Notes under the pieces: model-generated
What the model saw: the letters and a program-made list of their open reading frames with translations, nothing else
Database searches by the model: none
What the model was told of the DNA's origin: nothing
Source of the DNA: an uncultured bacterium
GTDB taxonomy: Bacteria; Bacillota_I; Bacilli_A; RF39; UBA660
Assembly: GCA_949285875.1 (NCBI GenBank)
Contig: CASDZZ010000005.1
Coordinates: 1-51,974 of the forward strand
Direction: 5' to 3'
Length of the DNA stretch: 51,974 bases
In this document: positions 8,684-17,334 of the stretch, one piece after another
Position numbering within the stretch: position 1 is the first letter of the stretch
Layout: each line of letters opens with the position of its first letter
Position numbers and translations under genes: made by a program

Positions 8684-9658
8684 ATGTTTAAAATTGGTAA
8701 TGTAGTGATAAAAAATAATGTTTGTTTGGCTCCAATGGCAGGAGTATGTAACAGTGCTTTTAGAAGAATAATAAAAGAAATGGGGGCAGGACTTTTATAT
8801 GCGGAAATGGTTAGCGATAAAGCAATTTGCTATGATAATGAAAAAACAAAAAATATGCTTTATATGACCGAAGAAGAAAGACCTATTGCTCAGCAGATAT
8901 TTGGAAGTGATGTTGAGAGTTTTGTTAAGGCAGCAAAAGTAATAGAAGAAACTATGCATCCTGATGTCATAGATATTAATATGGGATGTCCTGTTCCTAA
9001 AGTCGCGTTAAGAGCGCAAGCAGGTTCGGCTCTTTTAAAAGATCCTGATAAAATTTTTGAAATTGTTAAAGGTGTTGTAGCGGGTGTTAATGTTCCAGTA
9101 ACAGTTAAAATTAGAAGTGGTTGGGATAAAAATAATATTAATGCAGTTGAAGTTGCAAAGGTATGCGAAAAAGCAGGCGCAAGCGCTATCACAGTACATC
9201 CTAGAACACGCTCCCAGGGGTATACCGGGACTTCTGATTGGTTAATAATAAAAAAAGTTAAAGAGAATGTTAATATTCCGGTTATAGGTAACGGAGATAT
9301 AAAAAATGTATTTGATGCAAAAAGAATGTTAGAAGAAACTGGATGTGATGCTGTTATGGTTGGTCGTGCTACCTTAGGTAATCCATATATTATTAAGCAA
9401 ATTGTAGCTTATTTAGAAGAAGGAGTTATCCTTCCAGAACAAACACCTTATGAAAAAATGAAATTATGTTTAAAACATTTTAATTATTTGCTTGCTTTAA
9501 AAAATGAAAAAGTAGCTGTTTTAGAAATGCGAACACATTGTGCTTGGTATTTAAAAGGTCTTCCTAATGGTGTGGAAATAAAAAAAAGTTTATATAAAGT
9601 AACAAATAAGGAGGATTTTATTAATTTAATTACTGAATATATGCAAAATTTTGCGTAA
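8684..9658 (+). CDS. dusB: tRNA-dihydrouridine synthase DusB
   Basis: LAPMAG, DINMGCP, VTVKIR, HPRT, IGNGDI, MVGRA. Confidence 0.95.
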   Translation: MFKIGNVVIKNNVCLAPMAGVCNSAFRRIIKEMGAGLLYAEMVSDKAICYDNEKTKNMLYMTEEERPIAQQIFGSDVESFVKAAKVIEETMHPDVIDINMGCPVPKVALRAQAGSALLKDPDKIFEIVKGVVAGVNVPVTVKIRSGWDKNNINAVEVAKVCEKAGASAITVHPRTRSQGYTGTSDWLIIKKVKENVNIPVIGNGDIKNVFDAKRMLEETGCDAVMVGRATLGNPYIIKQIVAYLEEGVILPEQTPYEKMKLCLKHFNYLLALKNEKVAVLEMRTHCAWYLKGLPNGVEIKKSLYKVTNKEDFINLITEYMQNFA

Positions 9659-9756
9659 CTATGATATAATTACACTGTAGAACAATTTTATATTATAGGT
9701 GTGAATGACATAATTTTGTTCAAAAAAAAGTGTACAATTAAAATGAGGAGGAAAAA

Positions 9757-11427
9757 ATGAAAAAATATAATTTGCTTAAAGTTCTTGGTATAACTATATT
9801 TGTTACTTGGGTGTTAACTTTAATTATTCCTGGTTCTAGTATAGATTATAGTGGGAATATAGTTTCAGGTTCTATTAGTGGAATTGGAATATGGTCTTTG
9901 TTTTCAAATTTAAATATTTCTATTTCTTACTTTAACGCAATAGCTATATTTGTTATTGCAATAGCAATTTTTTATTCTATTTTAGTAAAGATAGAAATAT
10001 ATAATAATTTTGTAGAAAAAACTTCTAAATTATTTGAAAACAAAAACAAATTATTAGTAACTCTTTCAATCGTATTTTTTGGATTATTTGGGATGCTAAT
10101 GAAGGATGCTACTATATTGTTAGTATTTATGCCCTTTATGTACCAAGTAATGAAAAAAATAGGATTGGATAAAAAGGTTATTTTATCATCTACAATTGTA
10201 GCTTCTATAGTAGGTTCAATGTGTGGAATTTATAATGATATATTATTTAATATGTTTTCTTTAAAGTTAAACACATTACTATTGGTAAAAGTTATTCTAT
10301 TAGTAGTTTCTTTAGCAGCTTTGTCAATTTTAGTCACACCAAAGAAAGAGGAAAAAGAAGTAAAGAAAAGTACTAAAAAAACTATTTCTAAGAAAGAAAC
10401 TAAAGAAGATAAAAAGGTAAAAGTGACTGCAAAGGAGAAGAAAGTAAACAAAGTCTTATACGCAGTATTAACTCTATTTTTGGGTGCATTTGGTATTAAC
10501 AAGTTCTATGCAGGTAATATTAAAGGTGGTCTAATAAGTTTATTATTATGCTGGACTTTTGTTCCTTTAATTTTATCAGTAGCTGAATTCATTACTGTTT
10601 TAACTGAAAAGGCAGATAAGAATGGTCAAATTTCTGTTAGAAGTAAGAGAAGAGATAATGTAGCTTTCGGAGTTGGAGCGGTAGTTATTACATTATTTAT
10701 AATTCTTTCTACTATTCCTTGGGAATCATTATTTAGTAATTTTACTATTTTTAGTGATTTTAATACATGGCTTTCAACTTTAAAAATAGGAGATTATACA
10801 ATATTTAGTAACTTAATTGGCGAGCCCGTTACTGTTGATCCTACTTATGGATCTGCTAGTGGGGTTATAAATGCCTTTGGTTCTTGGACCATGACTGATA
10901 TTTCTATATTATTAATATTGGTTTCATTTGTAATTGCATTATTAAATAAAATTGAACTTAACGAATTTATCTCAACTGTAACTGGTGGAATAAAAAAAGC
11001 TTTACCAATTGCTATAACTGCTATGTTAATAAGTTTAGTTCTAGTATTAACGGTTACTTCTGGGGTAACAACTACAATTGTTAATGCAATTTTAACTTTA
11101 ACTAAGAACTTTAATGTAGGTACAAGTATTTTAGCTAGTATAATAGGTAGTTTATTTACCGCTGATTTTTATTACTTTGCTTCAAACGTAGGTGTTATTT
11201 TTACTATTCTTTTTGATAGTACTGAAAATTATGGTGTTATTGCTTTCATTATTCAGTCAATTTATAATTTAGTTATGATTGTAGCTCCTACTAGCGTAGC
11301 TTTGATAATAGGATTATACTATTTAAACATACCTTATACAAAGTGGTTAAAATATGTATGGAAAATTTTATTAGTACTATTTATATTAATAGTTATTACA
11401 GCAGTTGTTATTTTTGCTTTAGTTTAA
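9757..11427 (+). CDS. YfcC/DcuC-like multi-pass transporter with an inserted charged linker and TM2 domain
   Basis: N-terminus TWVLTLIIPG; C-terminus IVAPTSVALIIGLYYLNIPYTKWLKYVWK; internal LFLGAFGINKFYAG...LLLCWTFVP (TM2). Confidence 0.7.
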   Translation: MKKYNLLKVLGITIFVTWVLTLIIPGSSIDYSGNIVSGSISGIGIWSLFSNLNISISYFNAIAIFVIAIAIFYSILVKIEIYNNFVEKTSKLFENKNKLLVTLSIVFFGLFGMLMKDATILLVFMPFMYQVMKKIGLDKKVILSSTIVASIVGSMCGIYNDILFNMFSLKLNTLLLVKVILLVVSLAALSILVTPKKEEKEVKKSTKKTISKKETKEDKKVKVTAKEKKVNKVLYAVLTLFLGAFGINKFYAGNIKGGLISLLLCWTFVPLILSVAEFITVLTEKADKNGQISVRSKRRDNVAFGVGAVVITLFIILSTIPWESLFSNFTIFSDFNTWLSTLKIGDYTIFSNLIGEPVTVDPTYGSASGVINAFGSWTMTDISILLILVSFVIALLNKIELNEFISTVTGGIKKALPIAITAMLISLVLVLTVTSGVTTTIVNAILTLTKNFNVGTSILASIIGSLFTADFYYFASNVGVIFTILFDSTENYGVIAFIIQSIYNLVMIVAPTSVALIIGLYYLNIPYTKWLKYVWKILLVLFILIVITAVVIFALV

Positions 11428-11432
11428 CAAAG

Positions 11433-11456
11433 AAAAGACTTTTTAGTCTTTTTTTT
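11433..11456 (+). terminator. Intrinsic terminator after the YfcC-like gene
   Basis: AAAAGACT-TTTT-AGTCTTTT plus poly-T. Confidence 0.8.
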
Positions 11457-11467
11457 GTTTAAATATA

Positions 11468-11496
11468 AAATAAATTAAACATAACAAACATAGGAT
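11468..11496 (+). promoter_or_regulatory. sigmaE-like promoter of the clpC-like gene
   Basis: aaATAAA-14 nt-CATAggaT between the terminator and SD GGAAGGGG. Confidence 0.45.
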
Positions 11497-11517
11497 ATAT
11501 AAAGGAAGGGGAATATC

Positions 11518-13776
11518 ATGTTTGTTAATTTTAGTGAAGAAGCACAGCATATCTTAAAACAAGCGGAACAAGAAAGGGATTTATTAAAACATCCGTATGT
11601 TGGAACGGAACATCTTTTTTTATCTGCTTTAAAAGATGAAAATTTAAAATTGATTTTTAGAAAATATAATATAACTTACAATAAATTTAAAGAAAAATTA
11701 GTAAAAATTGTTGGACAAGGAAGCAAAAAAAGTGATTTTGTCCTTTACACTCCTTTACTTAAGAAAATAATAGAAAATTCTGTTATTGAAGCTAGAGAAG
11801 AAAACTCAGAACATATAAATAAAGAAATAATAATAATGACTATGCTAGATGAAAATGATGGTATAGCTTGCAGCATATTAAGAATGTTTAAGGTTAATAT
11901 TGATAAATTATATATGGATTTAAAAAGCAAAAAAACTATAAAAAAATCAAAAAAAAGAAAGTTGTTGCTAGAAGAGATAGGAACGGATTTGGTGAAACTA
12001 TCAAAGGAAGGAAAATTGGACCCTGTAATAGGAAGGGAAGAAGAAATTAAACAAACCATTGAGGTGTTGTTGCGTAGAAAGAAAAATAATCCCATTTTAA
12101 TAGGGCCGGCTGGGGTTGGCAAAACTGCTATTGTAGAGGGACTTGCAAATTTGATTAATATGGCTAATTGTCCTAACTTTTTAAAAAACAAAAGATTGAT
12201 TAGCCTTAATATTTATACGCTGGTTTCAGGAACAAAATATAGAGGTGAGTTTGAAGAAAAAATGAAAAATATCATTAAAGAATTAGAAGAAAATGATGAT
12301 ATTATTCTTTTTATAGATGAAATTCACACTATGGTTGGAGCAGGAGGCGCTGAAGGGGCAATAGATGCTTCAAATATATTTAAACCTGCTTTGGCACGTG
12401 GAAGTATCAAAGTTATAGGAGCAACTACGATAGAAGAGTATAAAAAATTTATAGAACCTGATGCGGCTTTATCAAGACGTTTTCAGCAGGTAGTTATTAG
12501 TGAACCTAATCAAAAAGATTTAATTATGATATTAGAAAAAATAAAACCTTTTTATGAAAAATATCATAATATAAAAATCAATAATGAAGTTATTCATTAT
12601 ATTGTAGAACTATCTAACAAGTATTTAATAAACAGGTACGAACCTGACAGGTCTATTGATATTTTAGACGAAGTATGTACTAAGGTCTCTTTAAAAGAAA
12701 ACATTAGTGACAAAAAAATTAGAAGCTTATTAGAAAATATAAAGGATATAAAAAGTAAAAAATCTTATGCTATAATTAATGGAGAGTTTAATAAGGCTTG
12801 TGAATTAAAAAAGAAGGAAAACAGTTTGAAAAAATCAATAGAAAGTATAAAGACTATTAAAAAAGTTGTAACAAAAATGGATGTAAAAAATATTATAAAA
12901 AAGAGAAGTGGTGCGAGACTTGATGAAATAAATGAAGAAAGAATGGATTTTTATAAAAGTCTTAATGATAATTTAAATTCTATAGTGGTAGGTCAAAAAG
13001 AAAATATAAATAAAATAATAAAATCTTTGCAGAAAAGAGATATTATAGGAAGTGGTAAATGCTATTCAGTAGCTATTTTAGGAGAAGCAGGTTCTGGTAA
13101 GACTTTATTGTCTGAAAGTTATTTAAGGATGCTGGTCGGTGAGAAAAACATAGTTAGAATAGATGGCTCTGAATATAAAGATTATCATAATATAAGTAAA
13201 TTAATCGGTACAACCGCTGGATATTTAGGTTATGATAACAAAAATAATATATTTGAAAAAGTAAGATCTTACTTTAAAACAGCTTTATTAGTTGAAAATT
13301 TTGATGAGGGTTGTGAAGCTTTTCAAAATATTTTTCTTAAAATATTAAAAGAAGGGCAAATAGAAGATGCTAGTGGTAAATTAATAAATTTTAAAAATGC
13401 TACTATTATTTTTACTATGTCTTCTGGTAGTTCTGAAAAAACGGTTGGTTTTGAACAAAAGAAAGATGATATTTTTATATCAAATGAAATACTAAATAAT
13501 GTATCTCTTAAAATAAAATTAAATAGGCTTGATGATGAAAGTTTAAAAAAGGTTATTAAAAATAAAATAAATAGTGTAATAGAGTGCTATAAAAATATAA
13601 AAATAGATGTTCAAAAGTCTTATAGAGATTATATATATGATTTGGTTAAGAAAAATAGTAAATTATCTATAATAGACGAAACGATTAGAAATGATTTGGA
13701 ATATAAGATAATAGATAGTATATTAGATAACCAAAAAAAATTAATAGTAGATCATAAATTTGAAAATGTCGTCTAA
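11518..13776 (+). CDS. clpC: ClpC-like AAA+ Clp ATPase, intact NBD1 and degenerate NBD2
   Basis: Clp_N VGTEHL; LDPVIGR, GPAGVGKT, GTKYRGEFEE, FIDEIH; UVR-like coiled coil; NBD2 GEAGSGKT, GYLGY, VGF loop, but Walker B reads VENFDE. Confidence 0.85.
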   Translation: MFVNFSEEAQHILKQAEQERDLLKHPYVGTEHLFLSALKDENLKLIFRKYNITYNKFKEKLVKIVGQGSKKSDFVLYTPLLKKIIENSVIEAREENSEHINKEIIIMTMLDENDGIACSILRMFKVNIDKLYMDLKSKKTIKKSKKRKLLLEEIGTDLVKLSKEGKLDPVIGREEEIKQTIEVLLRRKKNNPILIGPAGVGKTAIVEGLANLINMANCPNFLKNKRLISLNIYTLVSGTKYRGEFEEKMKNIIKELEENDDIILFIDEIHTMVGAGGAEGAIDASNIFKPALARGSIKVIGATTIEEYKKFIEPDAALSRRFQQVVISEPNQKDLIMILEKIKPFYEKYHNIKINNEVIHYIVELSNKYLINRYEPDRSIDILDEVCTKVSLKENISDKKIRSLLENIKDIKSKKSYAIINGEFNKACELKKKENSLKKSIESIKTIKKVVTKMDVKNIIKKRSGARLDEINEERMDFYKSLNDNLNSIVVGQKENINKIIKSLQKRDIIGSGKCYSVAILGEAGSGKTLLSESYLRMLVGEKNIVRIDGSEYKDYHNISKLIGTTAGYLGYDNKNNIFEKVRSYFKTALLVENFDEGCEAFQNIFLKILKEGQIEDASGKLINFKNATIIFTMSSGSSEKTVGFEQKKDDIFISNEILNNVSLKIKLNRLDDESLKKVIKNKINSVIECYKNIKIDVQKSYRDYIYDLVKKNSKLSIIDETIRNDLEYKIIDSILDNQKKLIVDHKFENVV

Positions 13777-13845
13777 CTTTATATAACTATATTTTTATAA
13801 AGTAAAGTACTGTGTTTTGATTTTAAAATCTGTTAATAATATAAT

Positions 13846-13875
13846 AAAAAAAGGAAAATTTAATTTCCTTTTTTT
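13846..13875. terminator. Bidirectional hairpin between clpC and clpP, overlapping the clpP stop
   Basis: AAAAAAAGGAAA-loop-TTTCCTTTTTTT. Confidence 0.65.
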
Positions 13876-14441
13876 AATATTTTATCTACAAGGCCATATT
13901 CTAAGGCTTCCTCTGCAGATAAGTAATGATCACGTTCTGTATCTTTTTCAATTTCACTTAAATTTTTACCAGTTTTTTCTGATAATATTTTATTAAGTTT
14001 ATTTCTTAAATAAATAATTCTATCGGCAACTATTTTTATTTCTGTTGCTTGACCACTAACTCCGCCTAATGGCTGATGAATCATGACTTCACTGTTAGGT
14101 AATATGTATCTTTTACCTTTTTTTCCACTTGCTAGTAATACTGAAGCCATCGAAGCTGCCATACCTACGCAAATGGTTGTAACATCACTTTTTATAAAAT
14201 TCATGGTATCATAAATAGCCATACCAGCTGTAATACTTCCTCCGGGGCTATTTATATATATACTAATATCATTTTCTGATTTAGAGTCTAAAAATAATAG
14301 CTGACTGATTACAGAATTAGCACAATCATCATCTATTTCTCCTCCTATGAAAATTATTCTATCTTTTAATAATCTAGAGTATATATCATATGCTCTTTCT
14401 CCATTTTTATTTTTTTCTATTACACTAGGAATTAAATTCAT
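13860..14441 (-). CDS. clpP: ATP-dependent Clp protease proteolytic subunit
   Basis: [21 protein letters not shown], catalytic triad in AASMA / MIHQP / ERDHY. Confidence 0.98.
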   Translation of the reverse strand: MNLIPSVIEKNKNGERAYDIYSRLLKDRIIFIGGEIDDDCANSVISQLLFLDSKSENDISIYINSPGGSITAGMAIYDTMNFIKSDVTTICVGMAASMASVLLASGKKGKRYILPNSEVMIHQPLGGVSGQATEIKIVADRIIYLRNKLNKILSEKTGKNLSEIEKDTERDHYLSAEEALEYGLVDKILKKGN

Positions 14442-14456
14442 TTTCTCACCCTAATA

Positions 14457-14486
14457 ATATTATGTATAACAATTTTGTAAATATTA
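14457..14486 (-). promoter_or_regulatory. sigmaE-like promoter of clpP
   Basis: taATATT-15 nt-CATAataT upstream of SD AGGGTG. Confidence 0.4.
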
Positions 14487-14561
14487 TTAAAATAATGTGA
14501 CTTTTTTCGCTGATTTTGATAAAATTATATATATAATAAAAAGGATTTGGTGATTTAATAT

Positions 14562-16214
14562 ATGATAAAAATTAAATACAAAGACGAAGTAATTGAGCGA
14601 GAAAAAAATATTAGTTTAGAAGAAGTTGCCTCAAATTTTAAAGACAGATATAAATTTGATATTATTGCTGCTACCATAGATAATAAAATAAGTAGTTTAG
14701 ATGAAAAATTAGTTCGTGATTGTAGTGTTGATTTTTATGATATAACTAGTATGATAGGAAGTGGAGTTTATGAAAGAGGTATTTATTTTCTGTTTTCAAA
14801 GGCTGTAAGTGATGTTTTGAGTTGTGATGTAAAGATTAAATATTTAGTGGGAAAAAGTACGTTATGTGAGGTACTGATTAATAATCTTATTTCAGAAGTG
14901 ACAGTAGAAAAAATAAAAATTAGAATGAAGGAATTAGTTGAAAAAAAACTTCCTATAACAAAGTTGCTTGTTTCTAGAATAGAAGCTATGGAATATTTTC
15001 ATAATATAAATAGGCTAGATAAAGCTGATTCTTTAAAGTATATTAGTAATTCAAGTGTTAGTTTATATAAATTAGATGATATGTTAGATTATTATTACGG
15101 GGTATTACCAAATAATACGAAATTATTAAACACTTTTAATCTTAAATACTTGAATGAAAATAAAATAATGATTATGTTTCCTACTCAATTTAATTTGTCA
15201 AATAACTTGAAATATGAAAAAAAAGAAAATGAATTACAAAATATTTTGATTGGGGATAATTATTTAAAAAATATAGGGATAAACACCGTTGCCAATTTAA
15301 ATAAAATGATTTCTGTTGGTAATTATGGAGATGTGATAAGACTAAGTGAAGCCTTACAAAATAATAGGTTATTTGAAATAGTTGATAGAATAACTAAAAA
15401 TAAAGATTTAAAAGTTATTCTTATAAATGGGCCTTCTTCTTCTGGGAAGAAAATAGTTTCTAAAAAATTATCTTTATTTTTAAGAAGTAGAAACATAAAT
15501 CCTATTAACATTTCGATAAATGATTTTTATATTAATATAGAAGATAGGGTATTAGATGAAAATGGTAATCCTGAGGAAGAAGAAATTGAAGCTATAGATA
15601 CTAGCCAGTTTAATAGAAAAATTTCTGATTTATTAAATGGAAAACAAGTTAAGCTTCCTAAGTTTAATTTTGAGACAAAGAGACAAGAATTAAGAGAAGA
15701 TGCTATTATTATGGATAAAAATAGTGTTTTAGTAATAGAAGGAACGCATGCTTTTAACGAACAGCTAACTGAAATGATTCCAAATAAAAATAAATATAAA
15801 TTGTTTATATGTCCTTTAACACCTTTAGCTTTAGATAATCATAATTTATTCAAAACAAGTGATATAAGACTTTTAAGGGAAATAATTATAAATAACAGAT
15901 TATTTAAAATTTCAGCTTCAGAAACTTTGAAAGAGTGGGAAAAGTTAAGAATGGTAGAAGAAAAATTGATTTTTCCTTATATAGAAGATGCTGATGAAAT
16001 TTTTAATACTTCTTTAGCTTATGAACTAGGAGTATTAAAGACCTATGCTGAACCTCTTTTGTTTTCTGTGTCTGAGGAAGATCCTAATTACAATGAGGCA
16101 ATAAGACTTATAAATCTATTTAGGATAATATTAGGAATGCCAAGTGAGCTTGTTCCAAATGATTCTTTAATTAGAGAATTTATTGGTGGCAACTGTTTTT
16201 GTCAAAATAAATAA
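14562..16214 (+). CDS. ThrRS-N(TGS)-like/uridine kinase fusion protein, probably catalytically degenerate
   Basis: DYYYG, GPSSSGKK P-loop, LPKFNF, IEGTH, FNTSLAYELGVLKTYAEPLL, SLIREFIGG. Confidence 0.8.
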   Translation: MIKIKYKDEVIEREKNISLEEVASNFKDRYKFDIIAATIDNKISSLDEKLVRDCSVDFYDITSMIGSGVYERGIYFLFSKAVSDVLSCDVKIKYLVGKSTLCEVLINNLISEVTVEKIKIRMKELVEKKLPITKLLVSRIEAMEYFHNINRLDKADSLKYISNSSVSLYKLDDMLDYYYGVLPNNTKLLNTFNLKYLNENKIMIMFPTQFNLSNNLKYEKKENELQNILIGDNYLKNIGINTVANLNKMISVGNYGDVIRLSEALQNNRLFEIVDRITKNKDLKVILINGPSSSGKKIVSKKLSLFLRSRNINPINISINDFYINIEDRVLDENGNPEEEEIEAIDTSQFNRKISDLLNGKQVKLPKFNFETKRQELREDAIIMDKNSVLVIEGTHAFNEQLTEMIPNKNKYKLFICPLTPLALDNHNLFKTSDIRLLREIIINNRLFKISASETLKEWEKLRMVEEKLIFPYIEDADEIFNTSLAYELGVLKTYAEPLLFSVSEEDPNYNEAIRLINLFRIILGMPSELVPNDSLIREFIGGNCFCQNK

Positions 16215-16228
16215 TAGGAGGAGATAAA

Positions 16229-17236
16229 ATGAAAATTAAAGTTGCAATAAATGGTTTTGGAAGAATAGGAAGATTGGTTTTTAGAATAATGCAGGAGGAT
16301 CCTTGCTTTGATGTGGTAGCAATAAATGATTTGACTGCTGCAGAAGATCTAGCTTATTTATTAAAGTATGATACATCACATCGTTCATACAAGACGGATT
16401 TGATAACAAATGATAAGGATAATATTATAATTGGAGAACAAAAAGTAAAAGTGTACGCTGAAAAAGATCCGCTTTTATTACCTTGGGGTGAATTAGGGAT
16501 AGATTTAGTTTTTGAGTGTACTGGTCTATTTACTAGCAAAGAAAAGGCTGAAGCTCATATAAAAGCTGGTGCAAAAAAGGTAGTTATTTCAGCTCCAGCT
16601 AAAGGTGATTTAAAAACTATTGTATATAATGTTAATCATGATGTTTTAGACGGAAATGAAAAGATTATCAGTGCGGCAAGTTGTACAACAAATTGTCTTG
16701 CTCCTGTAATGAAATTATTATGTGATAATTATGGTGTTAATAAAGGCTTTATGACAACTGTTCATGCATATACAAACGATCAATCAACGCTAGACGTATC
16801 CCATAAAAAAGGTTATAAATCAAGAAGAGGAAGAGCAGCAGCTGCAAACATAGTTCCGGCATCAACTGGAGCTGCAAGTGCTATTGGACTTGTTATACCG
16901 GAATTAAAAGGAAAACTTGATGGAACGGCAATGCGAGTTCCGGTTACTACTGGATCTGTTATTGATTTAACTCTTGAGCTATCTAAAAATGTTTCTATAG
17001 AAGAAATTAATAAATTATTTATTAATAATCAAAATGAAACTTTAAAGTACACTGAAGACCCTATTGTATCTAGTGATATTATAGGAGCTACTTGTGGAGC
17101 TTTGGTTGATGGGTTGTTAACAAATGTAATAGAAGTTGACGGTAAGCAGCTTGTCAAGATTGTGGCTTGGTATGATAACGAAATGAGTTATTCATCTCAA
17201 ATGGTTCGTACGGCAAAATATTTTTGTTTAAAATAA
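16229..17236 (+). CDS. gap: Type I glyceraldehyde-3-phosphate dehydrogenase
   Basis: INGFGRIGR, ASCTTNCLAP, TVHAYT, WYDNE. Confidence 0.98.
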   Translation: MKIKVAINGFGRIGRLVFRIMQEDPCFDVVAINDLTAAEDLAYLLKYDTSHRSYKTDLITNDKDNIIIGEQKVKVYAEKDPLLLPWGELGIDLVFECTGLFTSKEKAEAHIKAGAKKVVISAPAKGDLKTIVYNVNHDVLDGNEKIISAASCTTNCLAPVMKLLCDNYGVNKGFMTTVHAYTNDQSTLDVSHKKGYKSRRGRAAAANIVPASTGAASAIGLVIPELKGKLDGTAMRVPVTTGSVIDLTLELSKNVSIEEINKLFINNQNETLKYTEDPIVSSDIIGATCGALVDGLLTNVIEVDGKQLVKIVAWYDNEMSYSSQMVRTAKYFCLK

Positions 17237-17267
17237 AAAGCATTTATATTTTATATAAATGTTTTTT
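17236..17267 (+). terminator. Intrinsic terminator after gap
   Basis: AAAAGCATTTATAT-TTT-ATATAAATGTTTTT. Confidence 0.75.
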
Positions 17268-17334
17268 AATTATTAGTTGTTTGTTAAATTCATACATGAT
17301 ATAATAATCTTGTTATAATAGACTTAGGGGTGGT

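Noticed and set aside
9660-9745. Riboswitch or ArgR box upstream of the YfcC-like gene
   Set aside because: Only a weak AT-rich stem and a single TGAAT half-site; no aptamer consensus or terminator
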